Part shown: in pieces, positions 37,347 through 47,418 of the stretch
How the letters are laid out: every line of letters begins with the position of its first letter
Position numbering within the stretch: position 1 is the first letter of the stretch
The notes under the pieces: generated by a model
What the model saw: the letters and a program-made list of their open reading frames with translations, nothing else
Database searches by the model: none
What the model was told of the DNA's origin: nothing
Translations under genes and position numbers: made by a program
Assembly (NCBI GenBank): GCA_012518355.1
Contig: JAAYSP010000175.1
Coordinates: forward strand, 1 to 61,563
DNA length: 61,563 nt
Direction: 5' to 3'
From: a candidate division WS1 bacterium
GTDB taxonomy: Bacteria > Armatimonadota > Zipacnadia > Zipacnadales > UBA11051

Positions 37347-38690
37347 TTGCAGGCAGGATTCGAGACTGTTGAGATCACTCCGCCACTGGGGGTGCCGCTT
37401 GCCGGGCACTTCAATCGTCGTCCGGCCAGAGGAGTGCACGATCCTCTCACGGCCTACGCCATGGTTCTGGATGACGGGCGCCGACAGGTTGCACTGTTAG
37501 GTACCGATTTGCTTGGCATTCCTGATGCTGTCGCGGATCGAGTGCGCGCCCTGGTGGCTGAAAGCGTCGGACTTCCTCCACAGGCAATCATGACATGGGC
37601 AACTCATACTCATGCCGGCCCCGGAGTTATGGATGCAGCGGAGGACGGAGCGCATGGCGAATACCTGGCCATGCTGCCTGCCATGCTGGCCGGGTGCATA
37701 ATCGGAGCGTACCGGAACCTCCGGCCGGTCAGCGCCCGTTTAGGTGTCGGTTACGAGGATCGCATATCGTTCAACCGCAACTATCGGATGCATGACGGTA
37801 CTGTACGGACCAACCCTGGAGTAGGCAATCCAGGAGCAATCGCTATGGACGGTCCTATAGACCCTGACGTTATCGCATTGCTGCTGGCCGACACTGACGG
37901 CACCTGCGGCACCTGTGGAGTACTGGTCAATTTCGCGTGCCATCCCGATGTCCTTGGCAGCGGCAACTACCACTGCTCTGCCGACTACCCGTACTACTTG
38001 CGGCAAGCTCTGCGCACGGTGTATGGAAAACAGCTTTCGGTACTGTTTGCCAACGGTACGTGTGGGAACCTCAACCACATCAACGTATTCGCAAAACAGC
38101 ACCAGGGAGGCCATGACCATTCACGGATGATGGGTAGGACCCTGGCCGGAGAAGTGATGAAGCTCGACGCACATATGTGCGAGGCGGCCCTCGGCCCGCT
38201 GTGGTTTGATTCGCAGCAGGTGGAGCTTCCATTGCGCAGGTTCACCGATGATGAGATAGCCAACTTTCGCCAGATCCTGGCAGATACTGAAGCCACTGCC
38301 TCTCAGCTATCGTCAGCCAACTTCGCCCGCGGTCGTGCTTTACGTGCCATGCGCACGGTCGAGGCCGGTATCACTTCCCAGCCGGTTGAGGTGCAAGTGC
38401 TGAGGCTCGGTGATCTGGCTGTCGTCGGCATACCGGGCGAGTATTTCGTCGAGTTCGGGCTCTACATCAAGCAGCACAGTCCAGCGCCTGCGACCATGGT
38501 GGTAGAGCTTGCCAACGGTTCGGTCGGATATATACCTACTGAAGCGGCAATTTCACAGGGCGGCTATGAGGGCTCCAGCACGCGATTCGAAGCTCAGGCG
38601 GGCCAGATGCTGGCCGACGCAGCGCTGGAGATGCTGGCCGCAGGCTATGAGACGGTCGCGTGCGACGCGGGGCACTCGCAGAGTGATTGA
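37347..38690 (+). CDS. Neutral/alkaline ceramidase N-terminal-domain-like hydrolase (short form 1), no signal peptide
   Basis: TTG start with AGGAGGG upstream. MQAGFETVEITPPLGVPLAGHFNRRPARGVHDPLTAYAMVL...GTDLLG...WATHTHAGPG follows the ceramidase pattern G(I/V)H..L.A.A.V ... D ... ATHTH(S/A)GPG. Confidence 0.7.
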   Translation: MQAGFETVEITPPLGVPLAGHFNRRPARGVHDPLTAYAMVLDDGRRQVALLGTDLLGIPDAVADRVRALVAESVGLPPQAIMTWATHTHAGPGVMDAAEDGAHGEYLAMLPAMLAGCIIGAYRNLRPVSARLGVGYEDRISFNRNYRMHDGTVRTNPGVGNPGAIAMDGPIDPDVIALLLADTDGTCGTCGVLVNFACHPDVLGSGNYHCSADYPYYLRQALRTVYGKQLSVLFANGTCGNLNHINVFAKQHQGGHDHSRMMGRTLAGEVMKLDAHMCEAALGPLWFDSQQVELPLRRFTDDEIANFRQILADTEATASQLSSANFARGRALRAMRTVEAGITSQPVEVQVLRLGDLAVVGIPGEYFVEFGLYIKQHSPAPATMVVELANGSVGYIPTEAAISQGGYEGSSTRFEAQAGQMLADAALEMLAAGYETVACDAGHSQSD

Positions 38691-38740
38691 CTGGGTTGGG
38701 ATAGTCGCACAGCTATGTCGCAGTCGAGTGCGTCAGTTAG

Positions 38741-39736
38741 ATGCAGTGCCGCTGCCAGGGCGGCTCGGTCGAGGGCATGCTCCCTCCGCACGCGGGAACG
38801 GAGGCTGAGCGGCTGATGGCGGCACGAGTCTACACCGCCGGCTTTAGACGCAAGCATCGGCTCATCGCCATGACTGTGACCATGGCTGCCGGTGTCGCCC
38901 CATTCATGGTCACTCTGGCGGTGATGCAGTACTGGACGGCTCCTCCGCCTTACGCTCTGGCCCTTCTCACGGCAGCGACATACGTGGTAGCCGGACTGGC
39001 ACCATGGTATAGCCGTGGTACGCTGGCTCTGCTGGGCAATTGGCAGCTCAGAGCGACACTGTCACGGCGAGCCATGGCAGAGCTTGATGGGGAGCCTCAG
39101 TCACTGGGGGCCGTATTTGTGGGTTTCTCCCCAGGCGACAAGCTCCGACTGTGGGATGGCGATACAGATCGCGATGTAGGCCTTCTGGCAGTGCGCAACG
39201 ATTGTCTCATCTACCTGGGTGACGAGTACAGATGGTCACTTCCCCGTGCGCAGATAGACCAGGTGGAGCTGGCTGCCGCGGATGTGGGGCTGCGGCGTAT
39301 CGTCATCCGTTGGCACCGCCCTCGTGAGGCACAGCAGGCGTTCAGTCTGGTCTGCCGCGAAGCCAACACACTGCACGGAGTGACTCTGGTGACGCGCCGT
39401 TTGTACGAAGTGCTGCGTGATTGGGTCTGGTCACAACTGCCGTTTCGTGAGGCCGTTAGCGTTGACTGGGGATACCCTCCGACCGACATATCTGGTGGCT
39501 TGGCCGCAGACCAGCCTATCAGCGGCGGTTGCATCAGTGTGGCGGCGATTTTGCTGGTAGTCGTGCTGACCATATGGCGCATGAGCGGTAGCTTGCTGGC
39601 TGATGGGGACTACTATGCGGCGATCCTGTGGGCAGGGCTTATCGCTGTGACTGGAGCGATTTTCACCGGCTATCTGCTACACTATCTGCACTCCTGGGAA
39701 GCTCAGAAGCAGATTCGTCATCCCCGAGGTCGGTAG
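38741..39736 (+). CDS. Hypothetical integral membrane protein (2 TM + soluble middle domain + 2 TM)
   Basis: Hydrophobic pairs are AMTVTMAAGVAPFMVTLAVM / YALALLTAATYVVAGLA and CISVAAILLVVVLTIW / AAILWAGLIAVTGAIFTGYLL. I recognise no family. Alternative start is 38816. Confidence 0.5.
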   Translation: MQCRCQGGSVEGMLPPHAGTEAERLMAARVYTAGFRRKHRLIAMTVTMAAGVAPFMVTLAVMQYWTAPPPYALALLTAATYVVAGLAPWYSRGTLALLGNWQLRATLSRRAMAELDGEPQSLGAVFVGFSPGDKLRLWDGDTDRDVGLLAVRNDCLIYLGDEYRWSLPRAQIDQVELAAADVGLRRIVIRWHRPREAQQAFSLVCREANTLHGVTLVTRRLYEVLRDWVWSQLPFREAVSVDWGYPPTDISGGLAADQPISGGCISVAAILLVVVLTIWRMSGSLLADGDYYAAILWAGLIAVTGAIFTGYLLHYLHSWEAQKQIRHPRGR

Positions 39737-39901
39737 GATAACTATTTTGGGCCGCTGTTCCTCTGCGTACGAACTGCCCATTTGCGCCACCACCCACTCA
39801 GAAGCGGCAGGGAATCCACTTGCCGGTGCCGAACAATGCTGTGAAGACACTTGCCTATAAACTCATGACTGGGAAGACTGCCAGGGAGAGGAATCGAGGG
39901 C

Positions 39902-41041
39902 TTGCTTATCGCGGATGTGGAACCAATTGCCATCACCTGGCCGCTGCAGGAGGGCATCTCGGGCAGCGCCGATGTCTCAGATGGTGAGCGGCTTGACTTG
40001 TACTTGATAAGGCTGACAACCGACAGCGGCATTTGTGGTTGGGGTGAAGCTCGGCTAGCGCAAGAGAGCCATTTCCTGCCCATCACCGAGATGCTTGGTG
40101 ACATGGTCATCGGGGCAGATCCGCTCAATCGCGGTATCCTATGGGATCGCCTGCGACACATGGTTGATGCAGAGGCATTGGCTCGCCGGCCATCTCAGTA
40201 CCGCCACGATTTGCACGCGGTGCTGAGTGCTGTAGACATGGCGCTGTGGGACCTGACGGGTAAAAAACTAGGGGTGTCAGTCGCACGTTTGCTCGGAGGA
40301 GTGCGCAGCAGCAGACTTGACACCTATGTCAGCGGCCTGTGCATGAGATCAGGGGAAGATTTGCCCGGGCAGGCGCGCAGTATCGTCGAGCAGGGTTTTC
40401 GAGCGATCAAGATGAGGCTGAGCGGTGAGCCGGGAGAGGATTTGCGGGCTGTAGCCGCGGTGCGCAGGGCTCTGGGCAACCAGGTGGTGCTCATCACTGA
40501 CGCGGGCGGCGCGTACGAGGATTTCGATATCGTCCGAAAGCTGGGGCTGGAGTTGGCCAAGCATGACATATACTGGCTCGAAGATCCATTTGCGGCCGGG
40601 CGATGGGATGAGTACCACCAGCTTGCGGCGGCACTCGAACCGCCCCTGGCCGGTGGGAAGACCATCTATGGCATCACGCGGTTGTATGAGCCGATCCGAC
40701 GTCAGGCGTTACATGTGGTGATGCCGGATCCCTGTCTGTGTGGTGGTATAACTGCGGCGTGGCTTGTCGGCACGCTCGGACAGTTGCACGGAGTGCGCAT
40801 GTCCGTACACAGTGGTGACTCTCCGCTGGCACTGATGGCGGCGGCAAATCTGTCGGCCGCGCTGCCCTACGCTGAGCGGCTGGAGCTGACGGAGCGTCAG
40901 GCTGCCCTTGCTCAGGTGATGATGTGTGAGCCTCCCGAGTATGCGCAGGGTTTTCTCATCTTCAGCGACGGTCCGGGGCTTGGCTCGGACATCCGCACCG
41001 ATTTCCTTGGAGCATATGCGCGTCCTGTGACCGAAGTGTAG
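39902..41041 (+). CDS. Enolase-superfamily enzyme (mandelate racemase / muconate lactonizing enzyme family, likely acid-sugar dehydratase)
   Basis: LSAVDMALWDLTGKKLGVSVARLLGG, KMRL, ITDAGGAY, IYWLEDPF. TTG start. Confidence 0.85.
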   Translation: MLIADVEPIAITWPLQEGISGSADVSDGERLDLYLIRLTTDSGICGWGEARLAQESHFLPITEMLGDMVIGADPLNRGILWDRLRHMVDAEALARRPSQYRHDLHAVLSAVDMALWDLTGKKLGVSVARLLGGVRSSRLDTYVSGLCMRSGEDLPGQARSIVEQGFRAIKMRLSGEPGEDLRAVAAVRRALGNQVVLITDAGGAYEDFDIVRKLGLELAKHDIYWLEDPFAAGRWDEYHQLAAALEPPLAGGKTIYGITRLYEPIRRQALHVVMPDPCLCGGITAAWLVGTLGQLHGVRMSVHSGDSPLALMAAANLSAALPYAERLELTERQAALAQVMMCEPPEYAQGFLIFSDGPGLGSDIRTDFLGAYARPVTEV

Positions 41042-41074
41042 TAAGTTTGTCCATGCTGGGTGCACGAAAAGGTG

Positions 41075-41317
41075 ATGACTATGCAGGGGCGAGAGCTGGC
41101 AGATGCGGTGCGTGATGCGGCAAATCTGTCGGCCGCGCTGCCGCATGCTGAGCGGCTGGAGCTGACGGAGCGTCAGGCTGCTCTTGCTCAGGTGATGATG
41201 TGTGAGTCTCCCGAGTATGCGCAGGGCTTTCTCATCTTCAGCGACGGTCCGGGTCCTGGCTCGGCGATCCGCACCGATTTCCTTGGAGCATATGCGCGCC
41301 CCGTGGCCGAAGCGTAG
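41075..41317 (+). CDS. Chimeric small ORF 1 made by the junction amplification
   Basis: MTMQGRELADAVRDAA comes from the 5' end of the downstream gene. It is fused in frame to NLSAALPHAERLELTERQAALAQVMMCESPEYAQGFLIFSDGPGPGSAIRTDFLGAYARPVAEA-stop, the tail of the enolase-superfamily gene. Expression is unknown. Confidence 0.3.
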   Translation: MTMQGRELADAVRDAANLSAALPHAERLELTERQAALAQVMMCESPEYAQGFLIFSDGPGPGSAIRTDFLGAYARPVAEA

Positions 41318-41348
41318 CAGGTTTATGCATGCCGGGTGCGAGAAGGCG

Positions 41349-41591
41349 ATGACTATGCAGGGGCGAGAGCTGGCAGATGCGATGTGTGATGCGGCAAATC
41401 TGTCGGCCGCGCTGCCGCATGCTGAGCGGCTGGAGCTGACGGAGCGTCAGGCTGCCCTTGCTCAGGTGATGATGTGTGAGTCTCCCGAATATGCGCAGGG
41501 TTTTCTCATCTTCAGCGACGGTCCGGGGCCTGGCTTGGCGATCTGCACCGATTTCCTTGGAGCATATGCGCGTCCTGTGACCGAAGTGTAG
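41349..41591 (+). CDS. Chimeric small ORF 2 made by the junction amplification
   Basis: MTMQGRELADAMCDAANLSAALPHAERLELTERQ...GPGLAICTDFLGAYARPVTEV-stop, with the same architecture as ORF 1. Expression is unknown. Confidence 0.3.
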   Translation: MTMQGRELADAMCDAANLSAALPHAERLELTERQAALAQVMMCESPEYAQGFLIFSDGPGPGLAICTDFLGAYARPVTEV

Positions 41592-41624
41592 TAAGTTTGT
41601 CCATGCTGGGTGCACGAAAAGGTG

Positions 41625-42740
41625 ATGGCTATGCAGGGGCGAGAGCTGGCAGATGCGGTGCGTGATGCGGCACATAAGTTAGAAGACACGATCCAGCGTG
41701 TTTGCGGCGCCTGTGAGTACACCTGTTGCGACAGTGGCACGATGGTGGGCAGTCATGGTTTGCGGCGGATAACCAAGGGTCTTCGTCTCAACCAGCAGTT
41801 AGCTGGACGGCTCAGGCGAGGCCTGCAGCAGCGTGCCGTGGAGGTTAGCGCCGATCTGGAGACCATCGAGCGGGTTGCTGACATGCTTACGACCAGCTAT
41901 GGTGAAGATTACCGCGCGGAGTTGCAGGAGCTTGCAGAGCTGACTGAGCAGTGGCGACAGTTCGCACAGTTCATCTCTTCAGAGTTCGAATTCAGCGTTC
42001 AGAACCTCGATCGCCTCATCGCCTACTCGGCCATCCGCCACAACTTGCTGCGCCATCTGTCGGTATTCCCAGGATCCCATTCCGCCCTTGTGAACCTCGG
42101 CGGCCCTGATAGCAGCTTCCGTTTTCGTGGTCGGAAGCTTGCACCACCCCGTTGCCTGTTTCATGTAGAAGGCTGCTTGCTTGGCATATACAAACCTCTT
42201 CACTGCGCCAATTTCTTCTGCAGCGGCGAGCCCAACTTGCTGGACGAATGCCAAAAACGCATGGATTTTGACGAGTTTGTTCTGGCTAACATGCGTGCAG
42301 AGAGTATAGAATTCGTCAAGTCTGCGATTATGCTTGAAAACGAATTGGGACACGCTTACTGGGAGCCTAAGATAGTGCTGATTTCTGATGAGCGGCATCT
42401 CGAGCAGTTACATGAATTGGTGCGGCAGCGGCCGGGGCGAGTTGAGCGCCGCCACGAGCCGGCGGGTTTCTACCTGTCCAGCGAGGAGTTGCTGCAACTC
42501 ATACGGGCTCACGGGCGCACCAACACTCTGGTGTTCACCGCACCATCTGTCGGTGGCCCGGCGCTGTATGAGCTGGGCATAGCGCTGCAGCAGGCTCACA
42601 ACGACGATATCCTGGGCGGACTGATACTGATAGCTGACAGCTTCGCCGTACCCAGTTTTGCGCCCCATCCTTTGTGGTCGGACCAGATGATGAGCCAGCC
42701 ACTGGGTGGGCTTGACATGTATGTTGTCGCACCAGATTGA
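41625..42740 (+). CDS. Cys-rich hypothetical protein (CxxCxxxCC, YkgJ-like zinc/iron-chelating motif at the N-terminus)
   Basis: MAMQGRELADAVRDAAHKLEDTIQRVCGACEYTCCDSG ... PRCLFHVEGCLLGIYKPLHCANFFCSG. The C-terminal ~150 aa are unrecognised. The ORF opens at GTG 41610. Confidence 0.55.
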   Translation: MAMQGRELADAVRDAAHKLEDTIQRVCGACEYTCCDSGTMVGSHGLRRITKGLRLNQQLAGRLRRGLQQRAVEVSADLETIERVADMLTTSYGEDYRAELQELAELTEQWRQFAQFISSEFEFSVQNLDRLIAYSAIRHNLLRHLSVFPGSHSALVNLGGPDSSFRFRGRKLAPPRCLFHVEGCLLGIYKPLHCANFFCSGEPNLLDECQKRMDFDEFVLANMRAESIEFVKSAIMLENELGHAYWEPKIVLISDERHLEQLHELVRQRPGRVERRHEPAGFYLSSEELLQLIRAHGRTNTLVFTAPSVGGPALYELGIALQQAHNDDILGGLILIADSFAVPSFAPHPLWSDQMMSQPLGGLDMYVVAPD

Positions 42741-42837
42741 AGCACCACCTTGCAGGTATGAAAGGAGGGAATGTCGAAGGCTTATTTGTTCGTCTGCTTA
42801 GCAAAGCACATATAGATTTTCTACGAGGTGACATGTC

Positions 42838-44766
42838 ATGCAAGAAGGATTGCTCACAGTGCTGGCTATATCAAGCGTGATGCTGCTGGCATTGACGACC
42901 ACTCCAACTCCGGCTGCCAGTGTAGACCTGGGCAACGGCTTCATGGACCATGGTGTAGCCACGCCAAACAGCAACCATCGTGGCACAGTGGCAACAGTAG
43001 ATGGTGACGGGCGAAACGTGGCACTGGTGTGGCTGTTTGACCACACAGGGGGCTATGCGCTACTGGTCATAGATGCAGAGACTGGCGAGAGCCGCCAATT
43101 GCCCATGCCCTTCCCGTCGCGAGGAGACTGCCCGTACTCCTCCATTCTGTCGAGCAACAACCGCTACTACACCCATTTCGCCAGCCATTTTGTCGAGTAT
43201 GATCCGGTTGCCGGAGAATTCACTTTCTTCCACGAGACTGCTCCACAGATGGCTATGAGCATGACTGAAGATGACAACGGCGTCATATGGTCGGCAACCT
43301 ATCCTCAGAGTGGAGTTGTGTCTTACAACCCGGCTACAGGGGAGTTCCGCGACTACGGTCAATTGTACCAACAGAATTGGGCGCAGTATCCCCGCTCAGT
43401 AGTTGCCGATGACAGGGGCTGGATATACCTGGGAGTCGGCAGCACAGCCAGTCAGATTGTGGCTCTGGACCCTGAAACCGGTGAAGTCACACCGATTTTG
43501 CCTGAGGACGAGCGAGTACAGGCTTCTGCGACAGTCTACCGTGGTGAAAACGGCAAGGTGTATGCCAGCGACGGTTCCACTCGCGATGATGCGTGGTTTG
43601 AGCTGTACGAGGGCAAGGCCACCAGGATGGCCAAGCCTGAGGATGTCACATGGAAGAGCTACATCACAGGCCATCAGGGTCTGTTCCATCGCAATTTCCC
43701 TGATGGTAAGATTTTGCGTGTCTGCAATCTCGCGGAACGCCAGTTGGTAGTCGAGGATCCCGAAACCAACGAGACCACCGAGGTCGCCTTCGATTACACC
43801 AGTGAAGGTGCGCATCTGATGGGAATGGCAACTGCTCCAAACGGCACGATCGCCGGCGGCACTGCTTTCCCGATGTGCTTTTTCAACTACATTCCTGAAA
43901 CTGACGAGTGGACAAATCATCCGTGCATGGGCCAGTGGAACGCAGTAACTCCTGGCAACGACCGCTTCTATGTCGGCATGTACACCAGTGGCGGGATACT
44001 GGAATGGGACCCTGCCAAAGAATGGGTACCGACTAAGGCTGATGATCCAGAGAGCAACCCGCTGTTGATTCACCCGCTTTCCAGCCCGACTATTATCCGC
44101 CCCACCAGCCTTCTGGTGCATCCGGATGGCAAGACGTTGGTGCTAGGTGGCACCCCCGCCTATGGACATACTGGCGGCGGAATGCTCATCTTCGACCTGG
44201 AGACTCAGACCTCGACTCTGCTCACTCACGAAGACCTCCTGCTTTATCACTCCATCCACAGCATGGTGCCACTGGATGGCGGCAAGCTGCTGGTCGGGTC
44301 AACTGTGAGTGCAGGCACCGGTGGTGAGCGCAAAGCTGATCAGGCCGAACTGTATATCTTCGACATGGCCACAAAGCAGATCGAGTGGCATGATCCGGTC
44401 ATCCCCAACGTCTCCGGCTTCAATGCGATGCTGAACGGCCCTGACGATTTGGTGTTCATCTTCGCCAACAACAGAGAGTTCCTGGTTTTCGATACGGCCA
44501 GGCGTGAAATAGTCCACCAGGAAAACACCGAGGACACATTCGGAGTAACCAACTCTCAGCAGGGGCCGCGCGTGTTCGTGACATCACCGGAGGGCGATAT
44601 CTACATCCTGTTCAGAAAAGGGATCGCCTCTCTCAATCCGGAGACCTTCGAAATCACGATGCTGGCCGAATCACCGGTTTCGATCGGCCCTGGCGGCGAC
44701 TACCTGAATGGCCGGATATACTTCGGTAGCGGTTCACACCTGTACAGCTATGGCTTAGAGGAGTAG
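42838..44766 (+). CDS. Secreted propeller-like repeat protein, tandem paralog 1 of 4
   Basis: Signal peptide ...LLALTTTPTPAAS. About nine spaced (D/N)G-x-hydrophobic strand motifs (DDNGVIWSATY, DDRGWIYLGVG, ENGKVYASDG, APNGTIAGGT, HPDGKTLVLGG, LDGGKLLVGST, SPEGDIYILF, LNGRIYFGSG) suggest a beta-propeller. I recognise no family. Confidence 0.7.
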   Translation: MQEGLLTVLAISSVMLLALTTTPTPAASVDLGNGFMDHGVATPNSNHRGTVATVDGDGRNVALVWLFDHTGGYALLVIDAETGESRQLPMPFPSRGDCPYSSILSSNNRYYTHFASHFVEYDPVAGEFTFFHETAPQMAMSMTEDDNGVIWSATYPQSGVVSYNPATGEFRDYGQLYQQNWAQYPRSVVADDRGWIYLGVGSTASQIVALDPETGEVTPILPEDERVQASATVYRGENGKVYASDGSTRDDAWFELYEGKATRMAKPEDVTWKSYITGHQGLFHRNFPDGKILRVCNLAERQLVVEDPETNETTEVAFDYTSEGAHLMGMATAPNGTIAGGTAFPMCFFNYIPETDEWTNHPCMGQWNAVTPGNDRFYVGMYTSGGILEWDPAKEWVPTKADDPESNPLLIHPLSSPTIIRPTSLLVHPDGKTLVLGGTPAYGHTGGGMLIFDLETQTSTLLTHEDLLLYHSIHSMVPLDGGKLLVGSTVSAGTGGERKADQAELYIFDMATKQIEWHDPVIPNVSGFNAMLNGPDDLVFIFANNREFLVFDTARREIVHQENTEDTFGVTNSQQGPRVFVTSPEGDIYILFRKGIASLNPETFEITMLAESPVSIGPGGDYLNGRIYFGSGSHLYSYGLEE

Positions 44767-44800
44767 CAAGTCAACTCTAGACCTATACCAGTACATCAGT

Positions 44801-44837
44801 GGTGGGAACCGGTATGCATACAATGCCGGTTCCCACC
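44801..44837 (+). terminator. Terminator-like hairpin after paralog 1
   Basis: GGTGGGAACCGG pairs perfectly with CCGGTTCCCACC (12 bp), with a 13-nt loop. There is no U-tract. It is conserved after paralog 2 and degenerate after paralog 3. Confidence 0.45.
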
Positions 44838-44898
44838 CGTCATGCGCAGATGACGCTGTAGTGGCGAAGGGGACAACGTGGGCGTTGATTGTCGGCGG

Positions 44899-44931
44899 AT
44901 GGAGCACAGATGGAGCACAGATGGAGCACAG
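44899..44931. repeat. 11-bp x3 tandem repeat ATGGAGCACAG
   Basis: Read directly from the sequence. The homologous spacer after paralog 2 is not expanded. Confidence 0.8.
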
Positions 44932-45127
44932 AGCCGAAAAGAGTGCATAGTTTACGGTCTGTGCTCGGAAAATGATGCTAACGCAGTACTGCTGACAGCC
45001 ACAACTGAATCTTGGTGAGGTCCAGACAAGTCTGCCCAAGACTGTCTGTGGCCTCTCTCACAAGAGAGACGAATTTGACAGCACTCTGAGAGCAATAGAA
45101 TCAGGAACACTGGCGAGGTGACATGTC

Positions 45128-47056
45128 ATGCAAAAAGTATTGCTTCCGATGCTGGCTGTGTTAGGTCTGATGCTATTAGTACTGATGATTTCTCCGGCGC
45201 TGGCCGCGAGTGTAGATCTGGGCAACGGCTTCATGGATCACGGAGTGGCCACACCAAACAGTAACCATCGCGGCACGGTGGCAACGGTGAACGGTGAAGG
45301 CCGAAACGTGGTGTTGCTGTGGCTTCTCGACCATACTGGATGCTATGCACTGCTGGTTATAGACGCTGAAACTGGTGAGAGTCAGCAACGGGCCATTCCT
45401 TTTCCACCGCGCGGAGACAGTCCTTTTGCCTCCATACTATCCAGTAATAATCGCTACTACACCCATTTTGCCAGCCATTTCGTGGAGTACGATCCAGTCA
45501 GTGACGAATTCACCTTCTTCCATGAGACTGCACCGCGAATGGCCATGAGTATGACCGAAGATGACAACGGCGTCATCTGGTCGGCAACCTATCCTCAAAG
45601 CGGAGTTGTGTCTTACAACCCGGCTACAGGGGAGTTCCGCGACTACGGTCAGTTGTACGAACAAAACTGGGCTCAGTATCCGCGTTCGGTCGCTGCTGAC
45701 GATCAGGGCTGGATATACTTCGGTGTTGGTAGCACGGCCAGTCAGATTATCGTGCTAAATCCAGAGACTGGCGAAGCCACTCCTGTCCTGTCTGAAGACG
45801 AGCGAGTACAGGCGTCGGGCTCTGTGTACCGCGATGAGAACGGCAAGGTATATGGCAGAGACGGGTCGGATCGAGACGATTCCTGGTTTGAGCTGTACGA
45901 GGGCAAGGCCACCAGGATGACCGCCCCTGAGCAGCGTACTCCCAAAAGCTACATCGCCAGCAGTCAAGCTTTGTTCCACCGCAACTTTCCCGACGGTAAA
46001 ATCCTGCGCAGTTGTGACTTGTATACGCGAAAAATGGTGGTCGAGGATCCTGCGACAGGTCAAAGTCAGGAGCTGTCGTTCGATTACACCAGCGAAGGGG
46101 CGCATCTGATGGGGTTGGCTACTGCGCCAAACGGCACTATTGCCGGTGGCACTGCCTTCCCGATGTGCTTTTTCAACTACAACCCTGACACTGACGAGTG
46201 GACGAACCACCCGTGCATGGGCCAGTGGAACGCAGTAACTCCTGGCAACGACCGCTTCTATGTCGGCATGTACACCAGTGGCGGCATACTGGAGTGGGAC
46301 CCCGCCAGGGAATGGGTGCCGACTAAAGCCGATGATCCAGAGAGCAATCCACTGCTGATTCACCCACGTTCCAGCCCGACTATCATCCGCCCCACGCAGC
46401 TGCTTGTTCACCCTGATGGCAAGACGCTGGTACTGGGTGGCACTCCGGCCTATGGACACACCGGAGGCGGAATGCTCATCTTCGATCTGGAGACTCAGAC
46501 CTCGACTCTGCTCACTCATGAGGACCTCCTCCTGTATCACTCCATCCACAGCATGGTGCCACTGGATGGCGGCAAGCTGCTGGTCGGGTCAACTGTGAGT
46601 GCAGGCACCGGTGGTGAGCGCAAAGCTGATCAGGCTGAACTGTACATCTTCGACATGGCCACAAAGCAGATCGAGTGGCATGACCCGGTCATCCCCAACG
46701 TCTCCGGCTTCAATGCGATGCTGAACGGCCCTGGCGATTTGGTGTTCATCTTCGCCAACAACAGAGAGTTCCTGGTTTTCGATACATCCAGGCGTGAAAT
46801 AGTCCACCAGGAAAATACTGAGGACACTTTCGGAGTCACCAACTCTCAGCAGGGGCCGCGTGTATTCGTGACATCACCTGAAGGCGATATCTACATCCTG
46901 TTCAGGAAAGGGATCGCCTCTCTCAATCCCGAGACTTTCGAAATCACGATGCTGGCCGAATCGCCTGTTTCGATCGGCCCTGGCGGCGACTACCTGAATG
47001 GTCGGATATACTTCGGCAGCGGGTCGCACATGTACAGCTATGGTCTCGAGGAGTAG
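45128..47056 (+). CDS. Secreted propeller-like repeat protein, tandem paralog 2 of 4
   Basis: 642 aa, collinear with paralog 1. It shares the same -20..+1 sequence (GAGGTGACATGTCATGCAA). The last ~210 aa differ from paralog 1 at only 3 residues. Confidence 0.7.
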   Translation: MQKVLLPMLAVLGLMLLVLMISPALAASVDLGNGFMDHGVATPNSNHRGTVATVNGEGRNVVLLWLLDHTGCYALLVIDAETGESQQRAIPFPPRGDSPFASILSSNNRYYTHFASHFVEYDPVSDEFTFFHETAPRMAMSMTEDDNGVIWSATYPQSGVVSYNPATGEFRDYGQLYEQNWAQYPRSVAADDQGWIYFGVGSTASQIIVLNPETGEATPVLSEDERVQASGSVYRDENGKVYGRDGSDRDDSWFELYEGKATRMTAPEQRTPKSYIASSQALFHRNFPDGKILRSCDLYTRKMVVEDPATGQSQELSFDYTSEGAHLMGLATAPNGTIAGGTAFPMCFFNYNPDTDEWTNHPCMGQWNAVTPGNDRFYVGMYTSGGILEWDPAREWVPTKADDPESNPLLIHPRSSPTIIRPTQLLVHPDGKTLVLGGTPAYGHTGGGMLIFDLETQTSTLLTHEDLLLYHSIHSMVPLDGGKLLVGSTVSAGTGGERKADQAELYIFDMATKQIEWHDPVIPNVSGFNAMLNGPGDLVFIFANNREFLVFDTSRREIVHQENTEDTFGVTNSQQGPRVFVTSPEGDIYILFRKGIASLNPETFEITMLAESPVSIGPGGDYLNGRIYFGSGSHMYSYGLEE

Positions 47057-47084
47057 CAATTCGGATCTAGACCAGTACATCAGC

Positions 47085-47120
47085 GGTGGGAACCGGCATG
47101 AATCCAATGCCGGTCCCACC
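47085..47120 (+). terminator. Terminator-like hairpin after paralog 2
   Basis: GGTGGGAACCGG ... CCGGTCCCACC, the same element as 44801-44837 with a one-base bulge. Confidence 0.4.
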
Positions 47121-47418
47121 CGTTGTGCGCAGATGACGTTGGAGCGACGAAGAGGACAGCGTTGGGCACTGATTGTCGGCGAATGCTGGTGATGGAATAC
47201 AAATGAAGCATAGAGCCGAAAGAGTGTATGGTCTACTATCTGTGCTCGGAAAATGGTGCTAACACAGTACTGCTGAACTGCTGATAGCCACAACTGAATC
47301 TTCGTGAGGTCTATACAAGTTTGCCCAGGATTGACTGTAAAACTCTCTACACAAGAAAGCCTAATCTGACGGCACTCTCAGAGCAATAGAATCAGGAACA
47401 CTGGCGAGGTGACATGTC

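Larger units (their letters stand above)
40841..41672. repeat. ~275-bp x3 tandem amplification of the junction between the enolase-superfamily gene and the downstream Cys-rich gene
   Basis: Units start at 40841, 41117 and 41391, each at GCGGCAAATCTG. Homology ends at GCGGCA|CATAAG (41667-41672). Each unit holds the last ~200 nt of the upstream gene and its stop, a spacer with GAAAAGGTG, and the first ~16-20 codons of the downstream gene. Confidence 0.9.

Noticed and set aside
45075-45101. Promoter TTGACA ... TAGAAT in the spacers of the propeller array (second copy TAGAAT at 47387-47392)
   Set aside because: The spacer is only 15 nt, and the -35 element is degenerate in the second copy (CTGACG). 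It is plausible but too weak to list as a feature.
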